From assembly GCF_036588685.1 (NCBI RefSeq), contig NC_086376.1, positions 93,041,630-93,105,629 on the forward strand: a DNA stretch of 64,000 nucleotides, in the 5' to 3' direction. The stretch's first letter is position 1; every line of letters starts with the position of its first letter. Positions 1-13,600 of this stretch are shown piece by piece. The notes below the pieces were generated by a model that saw only the letters and a list, made by a program, of their open reading frames with translations, ran no database searches and was not told where the DNA came from. This stretch comes from Mytilus trossulus (lineage: Eukaryota). The translations under genes were made by a program, and so were the position numbers.

Positions 1-1695
1 CAAGTGAGAAATAAACATAGACAGAGAGATACAAATTAATACACTAACCTTTCGCTTGAAACAGTTTTTCTATCTTTCATTACAGATACTGAGATAGTAT
101 AAAAGAATCTCACCTGCCGACTGTTTTCTTGACCGTGTCATGATGAAATTGTGAAAGTGTGTAAGGGATGTTTTGCAACTTCGATTAAAAGAACAAATTG
201 ATTATAAAAACCGCAAATACAATGTAACATTTGTTTTTACTGTAACTGCTTAAAACCAATTATATTTGTCATCAAACGCAGCTCCGCCTTTGACACCTTT
301 CTTTGAAATTATTTATAGAACTTTAATAAAGCGTAGACAGTCAGTTGATTAGTAATCACGTTGATTCTGTTAAACTGACTGTTTTATATACTCATGATAC
401 TTTGAATGTTAAAAAGATTGAATGGTCTTTTCTGATTCTTAAATATGTTGAAGTCAACCCATGCTTTGCAAATTTTAGGGGGGCGCCCGCCCGCCACGCC
501 CCCGCATAAATCCGCCCCTGATGGCTACCAAAATGTCGGTCTTCAGTTTTCTAATATCTCTTTTCATACCTGTAGGCTTAAAAAGGGAGTTCAATTTTTT
601 TTAAAAGATCAAAAGAACAAATTTCAGTGAAATTATTAGCCAAATTAGCCCTTAATGTGCTGAATTTGAGAACATTATGTAGTACCACCATGTCAGTGCA
701 ATAATATAATGCTTCCAGGAATATAAGTATTCAGATAAACTACTGCCTTCTGACATTTATAACTTTTCAATACACATTAGGAGATATACACTTCAGTAAA
801 TAGTACTCCAGATCTCTGGGGTTACACTTCAGTAAATAGTACTCCAGATCTCTGAGGTTTAGAGACCAATATATTTTTAACACTAAACAGAAAGGAGATA
901 ACACTTCAGTAAATAGTACTCCAGATCTCTGGGGTTAAGAGACCAATACATTCTAAACACTAAACAGAAAGAAAATATTCAAAATTCAAGAGCAGAAGGC
1001 TATATATCTTATGTGTTATCATCTGTAAAGGCAGCTTCAAAGTTGAGATGAAAGTAGAAGGTGTTTTTTTACCAAGGATAATTTGTGCATGTTGAGAGTT
1101 ATGTAACATCTAATGTAAGGGTAATGTTAGAAATCTAAAGAATCCAGTAGTTATGTAAAAGATATTAGTGAATAGTATTTTCTACATATGTTCTCAATGA
1201 AATCAATTGACATGGTAGAATCCCTAAAAATTTTCAAGCTATCTGAATTTCACTAGACAAAATTAAGTTAACATTCCTGTAAAGTATATACCAGTGGCAG
1301 ATCCAGAGTGTTGTAGAGGGCGACTAGGAATACAACTCTTTGATAGCTAAAAAATTGTTTCTCACTATTTCATAAATTTTTATGCATTACATAGTCCAAC
1401 AATGTACTACAGGTGGGTAATTAATTATAAATTACCTTTCCCTTTCAAAACTCCTCTATGGGGATCTCATTAGGGTGTCTGATCCCATTTCCCACTTATT
1501 GTTTTGCCAGAATCCTGTATTCTGGTTATGGTTGCATAAAGTAATTTCCAGTGTCCTGTCGACTTCATTTCCTGTTTTCAAGCTTAATTATTTGACTTTC
1601 ATGTATCACGCTTAAAAAATCAGCCAACCCCATGTCACACTTAGACCCCAATGAGCCCACCTCTATCAACCCCTGCATTATGCCTGCATACATAC

Positions 1696-4600
1696 CATTT
1701 GTGGATAAATATGTATCTGTTTCTTTAGTGACAATGAGATCAACAAAGTCTCTTGGTGAGATTAGTCCCATACAGGCACTGGATGTACAAGCTCTATTTA
1801 ATCTTAAATCCTACAAATAAAATAAAATATATTTTAAGTTTTAAATAATCTATAATATCAATTAGATATCAGAAGATGTGTTATGAGTGCCAATGAGACA
1901 ACCTTTTCATCCAAGTCACAATTTGTAAAAGTAAACCATTATAGGTCAAAGTAAGGTCTTCAACACAGAGCTTCCAGGCTAAACCTGCTAAATATTGAAA
2001 CTGAGACTTTTCATTTTCAGAATCATGCGCTTTCAAACTTTGTCTTCTTCTATTTTTGGTGAGAAGTAGCAGCAATACAAAAATACTTAAGGGAGCAACC
2101 ATTTAACTTCAAGTGGGGGGGCTATGTATTTTTTCAGAGTCAGAACAATTAAATTTAGTTTTTTTAGATGTTTTTAATCAATTTTTTTATTTTTAAATAA
2201 AACACTATCTGGATTGAGAAGATATTTTTTTGTCATCTGCTTGACCAGAATCCCCCCTTTTTGAAGTTAAATGGTCATTCCCTAAAGATTTATAGGAAGC
2301 CACCATTCCATATGAGCTGGGTAAGCACTTCAAGCTACCTATTTGTCAGATCTAGGATGTTTAAGATCTGACACAGTGTATATATATTACACCTGTCTAT
2401 TGCTACACACTGTACAATGTCCTGGATATATTTTGATTCATTTTGTCATTGGGTAACTGTCTCTTTAACATACAACCTACATTTCCTTTTATTCATACTT
2501 TTATCTTATACAATGATGACTAGCAATATGAATGAATTGGCAAACAATTTGTAATTAAAAACAGGAACATCTCTCTTATAGCACCAGATATTTCATACCT
2601 CTTTAATACACTGAGTTTTGTCATACCTCTTTAATACACTGAGTTTATTTGCTCAAAACAATTTGTCAATCTGTTGTAGTACATATATATTGAATAAAGG
2701 AAGTAAACTACTTTTAAAATAAATCATCCCAGATAAAAACAAAGATGAAAGTTAAATAATCTGTAGTGAGTTTATCATATGCAGGTGAGGGTCTCTGAAA
2801 AGTTTGAGACAAAAAAAAATATTTACCAGCTGATTGAAAATTTTCTATCTGCAGTCAATTTACTGTTCGCACAAAACAGGTGAAAATATTATGTTCATGC
2901 ATATGTAATTACATTTGCAATTGGTTTACACTGTTTATAAAATACTTACATCTCATTAATTTTGACTTTTGCCTACAGGAACTTGTTAAAGGTAAGACAA
3001 ACAAAATATGATGGATGCATATGGAAAAGAACAGTGCAAGGCATGTACTTAAATATTGAGTGGATTGGATTGGAGTGGAGTGGAGTTGTCAAGTGGAATG
3101 GAGTGGTGGAGTGAAATGAAGTAGAATGGAGAAGACTATAGTGGTGGAGTGTGTGGTTGCATTGGTGTTTTATAATAACAAAATTGGAAAGATGTTAAGC
3201 AATTGCAAGTCTCGTAATACATAGCATCATTAGATCATTCTTTTGTAATATAATTATGATAAAATACTAATAGTAAAAAGTATGTATACAAAGTCTTCCA
3301 AATAAGATTTTTTGCTATAATTCAGATTGATGCTGGGAAGTGTGAAATGTTAAGTGTCACTTTTATACAAAGTTTTTTACACAGCTGGATGTCATTGAAA
3401 CCAAACATTCAGATTCTTTCTACAATTTTAACTTTCCTAACTCCATGGTTTTACTCTATGATTGCACTTCACCACTCTATTCAACCTTTTAGTACATGCC
3501 TATAAATTAATATGCTGAAGAAGACTGGCATGACAGGCAGAGAGCTCCAGGTTATTTTGAAGAATTTTTGTGAAATACTTATGAATATAAACAATATATG
3601 TAAAGATGTTTAAAGGTTACTCAGGGTAGATTACCAGACTAAATTGCAATATAAACCTTTGCATTTTTTATGTCTAAAAACACTGAATACATAAATATTT
3701 TGATTAAAAACAAGAAGCAACCTCTATTTAACTGTGATGAATGTGAGAGAATGCCAATAAAAGCTGACCCCTTGTGGTTTTTTGGTTGATTTTAATCAAT
3801 TTACAGCCTAGATGAAATACCTACATGCTTGTGTAATTAGATTGATATTATACATAAAAAAATCTCTCTCAATAATTGTAAGTGCCCCTACCTTCTTCCT
3901 AGACATTATATATACATTATTTCTACCTCCCATAGCTAATGATCAAATAATGCACTTAAGGCAGGATCTATCAAAATGAAAATATTTAAAATGGGGAGTT
4001 TTTTTAAAAGCATAAAACTGATATTAAAAAGAAAGATCATACAGACAACAAAATCATTTTTTTAGCTTCTTATTAAAGCTTTATCAAAATCATGAGATGA
4101 TGAAAGATTGAAACTAAAGTTGCTTAGATGCACAAGATACCAAATGATAAGGATAAACAACAGCAGGTCACCTGACACCCTTTAACAATGAGCAAAACCC
4201 TTACCATAAAGTAAGCTATAAAAGGCCCAGCTTTCTTCATTTCAATTTCAGACTATGCAATACAATGATATAAGGAATAAAACCATTAATCCATAGCCCC
4301 ATAGCTTTTAAAGTTAAATTCAACAATTTCAAGCATTCAAAGCTATTTTGTCTCAGGTTCAAATAAAGTGTCAGTCATTCCATGTCAAAACTATACCTTT
4401 GTCCAGTCCTGATTATGACTATATGTGCTGAAAAAATCAATGGCATATTATAGCACACTCAGGTTCCTCAAAGTTTGGTACAGCAAAAACAGGTACTTCA
4501 GGTCTAAGCTCTCCTTTTTTAATTTCAAATCATTCTTTTTACTTTTTCAACAAAAAGAAAAAAAAAGAAAAAAAACAGAAAAAAAACAGAAAAAAAGGGG

Positions 4601-7600
4601 GTTCTACAGCAATCCTAAGTCTCTTTCCTTCCATCTGATACCCAAATTACCCAAATATTTTACTTTATTTGCCAAAGTTTCAGCAATGGGTAGAATTATT
4701 TTGTTAAAAAAATGATACTACTTTCTTGCACATTCTCTCTGACCGAGCACTAATTAGTAGTTCAATACCATAACATTAAGATGTATCAAAGCTCAATTTA
4801 AAGCTTGGTTTGTACAGTTCAATTTTTAATATCTTGATTATTAATCAGTTATCTGTACAACAAGTGAAGCAATCAATCAAACTCATCAGAAATTGACAGT
4901 TTCGACAGCTCGACATGTTGGAGAGCAGATTACAGAACAACAGATATAGTATGATGTCTTTTTAAGATGTCAGTGCACAAATACTCTTATTTTTGCTGAT
5001 GAAAGCATATTAGATGGTATATCTTGCTCAATAGGAATTTTATCTTAAATGTTTCAAACGAAATCAGGACTAGATAACAAAAAATACTTAGTTCACAAGC
5101 AATGAACATAGAGAAAATATTCATTGGTACAATAAATATTCCATTACTGATAGTGACAACTTGATGCAAAATCTGAGACACCATTGTTTCTCATTCGAAA
5201 TAACATGTGCCTTTCCTGAGTTACTTTTTTACTATTTAGATTGGGTGGATTTAAACAGCAACAAATCACTGATTGATTGATTATTGGTGTTTAACAACAC
5301 TTAATGTCCCAATGACTGTGTTAAACACTTCTTTCAGCATTATTGGTAAATTTGTTGCAAACAATTATTTTGTTGGTGGTCAGAAAACAGAAGGTCATAG
5401 AGAAAACCACTAAGCTTTGGCAGGAAAACTGTCAATCCTAATCCATAGATAGGAGTTGAACTGACACTTGCCACAACAGGGGCCAATCCAGCCAATTTTG
5501 AAAAGGGGGGGGGGGGGGGTCCTAACCCAGGACAAAGGGGGGTTCCAACAACATGTTCCAATTCAAGTGCATTGATTGTCCAAAAAAGAGGGGGGTAACA
5601 AAGCAATACTTTAAAAAATCATTTAATTCATAAAATCTTTAGGTAAGAAGAATGTTTATATGAGTTTTTTCTCAACTCCGGATGACTTTCATGGGGTGCT
5701 TCTATCTAACCCTAAGGGATAATTTCATCAAAGACAAAATTAAAGGGATTAGAGCAATAGGAAAACTAAGCATAAAAATAACCCCGGTAATCCCCTTTGT
5801 ATTATATAATTACAAGAAACATTCTATGAGATAATTACCAGTAGAAAGTACCTAGTATTACCTAACATCTAATTTACCACATATTTATTAGATCAAACAT
5901 CTTTTTAAGTCATAAAAGTTCCATAAATATTTCTTTAATCTTCAAATTGCCAGTTTAGATTGCACTTAACAGTTTAAAGTCTGTTTCTGCCTAATGTTAA
6001 CCAGGTGTCCTGAGACAGGTAATGAGAAAAATCATCAGGATTCAAAGTTCATAGGAAAAAACCATCTCCCTTATAACAGTTAAAATTAATGTACTGATTG
6101 ACATATATTAAAACTTTTACAAATTTACAACATCCTAAAATATATACAGGAAATATTTGTAATATCCAAAACAACGACATCTTCAGCAATGACAGTGTAC
6201 ACTTTTGTAATCTCTGAACTACAATCATCTTCAGCAAAGACAGTGTACACTTTTGTAATTTCTGACCTACAATCATCTTCAGCAATGACAGTGTACACTT
6301 TTGTAATCTCTGAACTACAATCCTCTTCAGCAATGACAGTGTACACTTTTGTAATCTCTGAACTACAATCCTCTTCAGCAATGACAGTGTACACTTTTGT
6401 AATCTCTGAACTACAATCCTCTTCAGCAATGACAGTGTACACTTTTGTAATCTCTAAACTACAATCCTCTTCAGCAATGACAGTGTACACTTTTGTAATC
6501 TCTGAACTACAATCATCTTCAGCAATGACAGTGTACAGTTTTGTAATCTCTGAACTACAATCATCTTCAGCAATGACAAAGTACAGTTTTGTAATCTCTG
6601 AACTACAATCATCTTCAGCAATGAAAGTGTACAGTTTTGTAATCTCTGAACTACAATCATCTTCAGCAATGACAAAGTACAGTTTTGTAATCTCTGAACT
6701 ACAATCATCTTCAGCAATGACAGTGTACAGTTTTGTAATCTCTGAACTACAATCCTCTTCAGCAATGACAGTGTACACTTTTGTAATCTCTGAACTACAA
6801 TCATCTTCAGCAATGACAGTGTACAGTTTTGTAATCTCTGAACTACAATCCTCTTCAGCAATGACAGTGTACACTTTTGTAATCTCTGAACTACAATCAT
6901 CTTCAGCAATGACAGTGTACCGTTTTGTAATCTAGTGAACTACAGCCATCAATTAAGAAAATCTCTAGTCACCTCACTCAATGACAGTACAGCTTTTTAA
7001 CTGTGACTATGGGGAAGCAATTCAGATTTAGACTTTAAATAGGCTTTATAACTTAAATACCCTCAACATTGGTGAAAAAAGCCAAGTCCAGTACTTGATA
7101 TTAATTTAATTGTTTTTTTTACTTATAGGCCAGAAGAATAGAGGAAGATTATATGTTGATCATTTATATGTATATATACGTGCAGTAGGGGAAAACTTAC
7201 CGTATCTCCATCCTATATAATAAATGAAGCTAATAAAAATAAAAGACTGGCAAAAGGAAGCACACTTTATAAAAGGTCTTTCAGCAAACATAAACAGATC
7301 TACGCTAACATGTTAGACTTATCTCCCCTTAACATTACTGTTACATAATTAACATTACCCAATGGTAGGGTTCAAGGACTTTGTTAAATCTTTGCCTGAA
7401 GATTACCAGGAGGCATATTTTAACTGACTGTAATTATTTGATGTGATATATTGTATTTATTTACTCTTGCTATTTCAACCCAAAACAAAATTATATCTAT
7501 TCATTCAAATGAAACCCTTACTCCTACAATATTGTGTTATTTTTCAGGCTAGATCTTTTTTATTGCTTACTCAGCAGCCAATTATATTGTAATCAATTTC

Positions 7601-10600
7601 AGGAAATTTTATGGACAATTCTGTCATTTATAACAAAAATAGAAGATTTTAATGATTTTCTACTGTCTGTGGGGGAAATAAAATAGGCAAAAACTGGATT
7701 CTGACATTTAGCCTGGGAAATGTAATAATAAATCCCAACACAAGACTTACATGCAACTATTGACATTTTACTGCAACTATGGTATATACATGCCAATTAG
7801 GTATTTTTTTTTTAGAATTTTAACTGGTTTGTAATGTTTTCCATCAATTATGATCCATCATGATATACATGCTCTGTAACTCTAATAATAAATTACATAT
7901 AAAATCTGGATATATAAAATAATTACCTTGTCTAACCATTTTAAGACTTCTATCTTTTTCATATTTTTGTCCCATTTCATTCTTGGACCTTCTGGTAGAG
8001 GTTCTACATATTCAAATACTGTTTTTGGTGGCACGTTATACTCTGCCTCTCCTTTATATCTGTAAAATATCAATTTATATATTTTTGATGATTTTTTTGT
8101 GTGTGGTATTATTACATGTATTATGTCTAAAACAAAAATATAACAAAAATTGATTGAAAAGATGTAGGGTATATTTGCTCATATAATTCAAGCCCTTACC
8201 TGTTTTGATTCTCTCTGCCTTTCGAGATTTATTGTTGTGATCGAAATTGAGTGTAATATATCAAATGGATTATTCGGGTTAAGGGTATACATGTACAATC
8301 AACCAAAAAACATTAAAATCAAATGACAGGCCATTAGGAATAATCTTTGAAATGAGGTCAAGGTCAGATGTTACCTTGGAAGCTAGATGTACACCTTACA
8401 TTTTGTTGCAGCAAGACAAAAACTGACAGCAAATAAAAGACAACCACTGAATTACAGGCTCCTGACTTGGGACATTACAGAATGTAGTCAATAACAAAAT
8501 CATTACATTCACTCTGTAACAATGAAATTTCTTTCATTATACACCTTTTAGTATAGAATAGAGTGCCTATATTCTGTTTCTTTTTGTCTAATTATAACAT
8601 GTAAAATTTAGTCTTTTAAATAAGTTTTTTTCACATAAAATAACACTTACGTCATTGTCCACTCAATACTACTTTGACTCTTAAGTTAAACTGAGAAAAT
8701 TCACATACATAACAATATATTAGGTAAATTTGTCAAAGAGAAATATTCACACAAGAACAGATCAGCATGTTAAAATGAAATAATACATAATCCCGTACCA
8801 ATACAGGATATTTAAAAGGTCTCATTAGAGTAAAAGTAATGTTGTCTTATTCTTGAAATAAAATAAGTGTAACTTTTATTTTATCAAAAAACAGAAAATT
8901 GAGGTATATTTGACATCCTTGGTTGATCTTGGTTTGATCAAGGTTATATTACATCTAATATAACCTCCTTGGTTTCATATTTTGAATTCATTTATTTTTT
9001 TCATTTCAGGAAAAGCTTAAGGTTTTTAACTTTTGAAAAACAAATGTGTGAAATCTCAGGTCTTGTGACTTGTGTGTGTGTTAGAATTGACAGTTGTATT
9101 GAATGAACTCAACAAAACAACTTTGCGTGCTTAAAAAATTATCTAACGATATGTTATTACATCACTAAGGTATGTCTGACATGTGCATTATTCATTAGGA
9201 ATATCATTAACACACAAGGGCCATAACTGCAGCATGATATGCTAAAACGACCTTATTCTTGTGGTTGGCAAAGTTACATCACTCTCATTAACTTTCCATT
9301 CATAGGAATGTCATTCCTGTATTATTCATTAAAAATTTAGTTCAACAGGAAGCGGGTCTTGATAAAAAAAAGTATTACACATGAAGTTAAGTACCTCCTG
9401 TGGTTGATCCAGACATTAAGTTTGATCATACGTTTTTCATAAATGCATGTTAGCAAACTACAAGATGTAAAATCAATTAAAATGCTATCATTCTCTCCTT
9501 AAATGGATTACTAATATTTTTTTTCTGAACTAGAATTTTGTCTGTGCTTTCAGTGATCAGGGTTACACCTTCAAACATAGATAAAAGGGGTATTTTAAAA
9601 TTAAGTTGGAATTTTGAAGCACACAACTAAAATGAGCAAGTAAAAAAGAAATGAATTTGCCTGAATTTCCAGTTAACTTTTATGAACTGGTAACACTGGT
9701 TGACTCTTGGTTAATCGGCTTAGATGAAGTCACTGAACAATAGGTTCTTTCGGTGATGTAATAGTATACATGAAAGTATTATGGTACAGCAAAAATGATT
9801 GCGTTTAAAATGAATTTGAAAGTCTTTTAAATAATAAACTTTTCTTTAATGCACATTCTAGATCATAAATGGCCCTATACATGTTACAATAAATAAATAA
9901 TTAAAATGACTCAGAAGCATTGTCAATCAAATTTGTGCATCACATTTTTGTAATTTTTTTCCTCATGTTTACATACTAAATCATATACAAGTGCATTTGA
10001 TGACAAACCACAATAAACTCTTGTTTGGTGCACTAATGTCACCTGTATTGAAATGTATACAAATTACATCATATCTCCATGCATCAAAACCAGGCAACAG
10101 GAACTCTTTAATGAAAAAAAAAGGATAATAAAAAGAATATCTTAACTTGCATAATGTTTACCTAAAAGTGGTGAGAACATTCAATCATACACATTCTTCT
10201 TTCATTCAGTAAGAAATAAAAATCAACTATAAGTACATTTTAATTATAACATAAATGCTTGTCTATTGACTGTATATTATCATTGATATTAAAGTACACT
10301 TTATGTTTGGATTTTAAATTTCCCTATAAATGTTCTATTTATCTAGGCTTTATAATAAAAGTACACTGGGAGCTAAATGAGATGGATTTGAAAGGATGTA
10401 GCAGTTTAGCTTGGACCAAGTGTATTTCAACAAATCATTTTTCATAAAAATTATAATCTTACTTTTTCTCTTCAATATTTATGTTTATCTATTATATCAA
10501 CACTGCATCTTTTTTCCTTTTTTTCCTTTTAGCCAATTTCCTTTTTTTTTAAATCCACATTTAGTATGCTTCAGATGCTTTCTAGTATTTTGACACAGAT

Positions 10601-13600
10601 ACATGTTTTGCCTGTATGTAATTGGATTGTTAAAATGCAAGTGATGAAATTAAAATAACTGCATACCACATATCATTGAATTTTCAAAAAGTGGATCCCA
10701 TTTGAGCTGACTTGATCACACAAACTGTAACATGTAAACTCTTCAAAACTTCTAAGGTAAAAACGCCATGAAATTGGGGGCAGGAACAATAAATCTTCAT
10801 GGAAATGATTAGCTAATGCTTATACAACTGCATAAAACTAACCATGAGTAGTTTCTCTTGGACCTACCAAATTACAGACTTAAACAATTTTCGATACTTA
10901 AAACAGTATATCTTGTCAATAAGTTTTGCTTTTTTCACTACCTGAAAGCAAGACAAACACAAAAGCAAGACAAATATGAAAGCAAGACAAATATGAAAGC
11001 AAGACAAACAATGAAAGCAAGACAAACACGAAAGCAAAACAAACACGAAAACAAGACAAACAAGAAAGCAAGACAAACAAGAAAGCAAGACAAACACGAA
11101 AGAAAGACAAACATGAAACTTAAGCAAGACAAACATGAAAGCAAGTCAAACATGAATGCAAGACAAACACTAAAGCAAGTAAACATGAATGCAAGACAAA
11201 CACGAAAGCAAGACAAACATGAAAGCAAGACAAACACAAAAGCAAGACAAACATGAAAGCAAGTCAAACATGAATGCAAGACAAACACGAAAGCAAGACA
11301 AACATGAAAGCAAGACAAACACAAAAGCAAGACAAACATAAAAGCAAGACAAACACAAAAGCAAGACAAACACGAAAGCAAGACAAACACGAATGCAAGA
11401 CAAACACACTGCTGTATCAAACAGTTTATTTATTGTGAGCAGTCACTTACCACAAATATATAACAGCAAGAAAAAATAGGAATAAATATAACAGTGAAGG
11501 TCTAACCTTAAACAAAATTGATTGTGTCTAAAATACTTACAAATGACCACTAAAATATTCTGATTTCACACATGAGATCTTGAAGTCCTTCTGAAAAAAT
11601 TAAAAAACAAAATATCACTAGCTGTAGAAACATTTAATAACCTATTAGAAATTCTATATGATAGGTTTTAGACCCTTGTGCCAGTTGACCAACTTCATAC
11701 ATCTAGTCCATATCACAACATAGCATTACAAATATGACAGTTTTATTAGTATTAGAAAACAAGTGAATTATCACTTTTACAAATTCCTGTCCTAAATTAT
11801 GATGAACACAAATTGAATGTCAAGATGGACAGTAAAAACAAACTAGAAATGGAATGTAGACAATAGAGAAAATATTATTTTAAGACAGGAAGCACACATG
11901 GTAACATGAGTTGTATTGTAAAGTTTAACTTTTAATGTAGTCTGTTAGGTAACTTTTTAGCCACAAGAGGGGACTAGGAATTATAAGATAACAGCCCATG
12001 TAAATTGAAGAATTCTACTTGAAGTGTTCACTGTATATATGAAAACAACAACTTGAAGTGGACCACAATGATGATAATGATGATGATGCTACTGATTACA
12101 ATGCTTGCTGTTAATTCTGAAATTTTTTGTTCACATTCATTATAGCCCTATTTCAAAAATAAACACAAATTTCAGATTAAGTATTGTGATTTTCTTGAAG
12201 TAAAGTTTTATTAGTGCAAAAGCTATACTGTTGAAATTTTTGCAACTATAAAAACATTGCAAAAATTTCTGAATTTACAGTACAGTCTTGTTGTAGATTC
12301 AATATCATACACCTCTATTTCCATATCAGCAAAAACTATCATTCCCTTCACTAACCTAAATTATATTTTCAAAAAAAAAATTATCTAAATAATACTGAGC
12401 AACTAAACTAACAAGAAAATCTAGACTATCAATCATGTTTGACAACTATAAATTAACAACATTTAGTTAGTTGAACACCCAAAAAGCACCAAAAGTATGT
12501 TACCTTCCGCTTGCACTACTTGTACTGGGTGAACCGGAATATCAAACTCAAGGATCTTGTTATCAAATTTTAGAGTTCTAGTCATAAATTTTATGAATGA
12601 CATTTAAAGGATCTCTAATAACAATCAGTTTTAGGAAATCACAATTCTCTGACATAGTTCTAGTACCTAGGTATGAAATTTCATTGGCAAGCAATCTTTG
12701 ATAAATTTAAATGTACTCATTGAAGCCAGTAAACAGATCAGGAAACCAGCTATAATTGATAAAATACAGATTATATAAATCTAGGATTACACCTCAATGT
12801 CTGAATTCATAGATGGCTCAAATAATCGGCTAAAATTGATGAATTTTCTTTCATTTTAAAAGACTTCAATTTAATTCCAAATTGTTTTTTATTTTAAGTT
12901 AAGATACAAACAAATTCTACATACATTGTACATTCAAAAGACCTATGAGATCTTTAATTTTTTCTTAAACATTTTAACTTAATTTTACTTGTTAATCTAT
13001 CTTAAATTAATCTCCACCATTGAAAATGTGTCTACAGCATCATCCCTGAACATATGAAAATGTCTATGATAGCGAAAGTTGCTTATAAACCATTAATTCA
13101 AAAGTATAAATATCTTTAATTACAGCGATAATTTAATTTAAATCAATATGAAAAGAGACATTTTACTTTGTAAAAAAAAATATATAGCTTTCTAATTAAT
13201 TACAAAATAAACCCCACTTGATTTGATTGCCTGGTGATGGGCTCCCTTGGCCAGATCTATTGCACTCCCCCACAATTGTGTACTGATTTATAGAATAAGG
13301 AAATCAATTGTTATGACCTGATGAAGGTTCTATTTTTCCTGTTAACTAAATCCCCCACACACTGCAATGGTACAATAAATCACACAAAGTGGGCATTTAT
13401 ATAATTTATTGTTTCCTTCATCATATCAGTATAAAAATGTCAACAAAGACTTCTATATATAGACATTTGTCAATGGTCCCCTACTTAGTACACTGTAACA
13501 TTGAACTAGGATAATTTGTACCCAGAAAGACTTTATCAGTTAACCTCTGATATAATCCAACAATGATTAGACTATTCATTTGTAATTTGGCAAAGTCCTT

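Noticed and set aside
6049-6935. Four long ORFs (126-249 aa) on both strands
   Set aside because: By-products of a 48-bp (multiple of 3) tandem repeat in an intron; no domain and no splice support.
10858-11420. Cys/Leu-rich or Lys/Gln-rich ORFs
   Set aside because: Translations of the 17-bp minisatellite.
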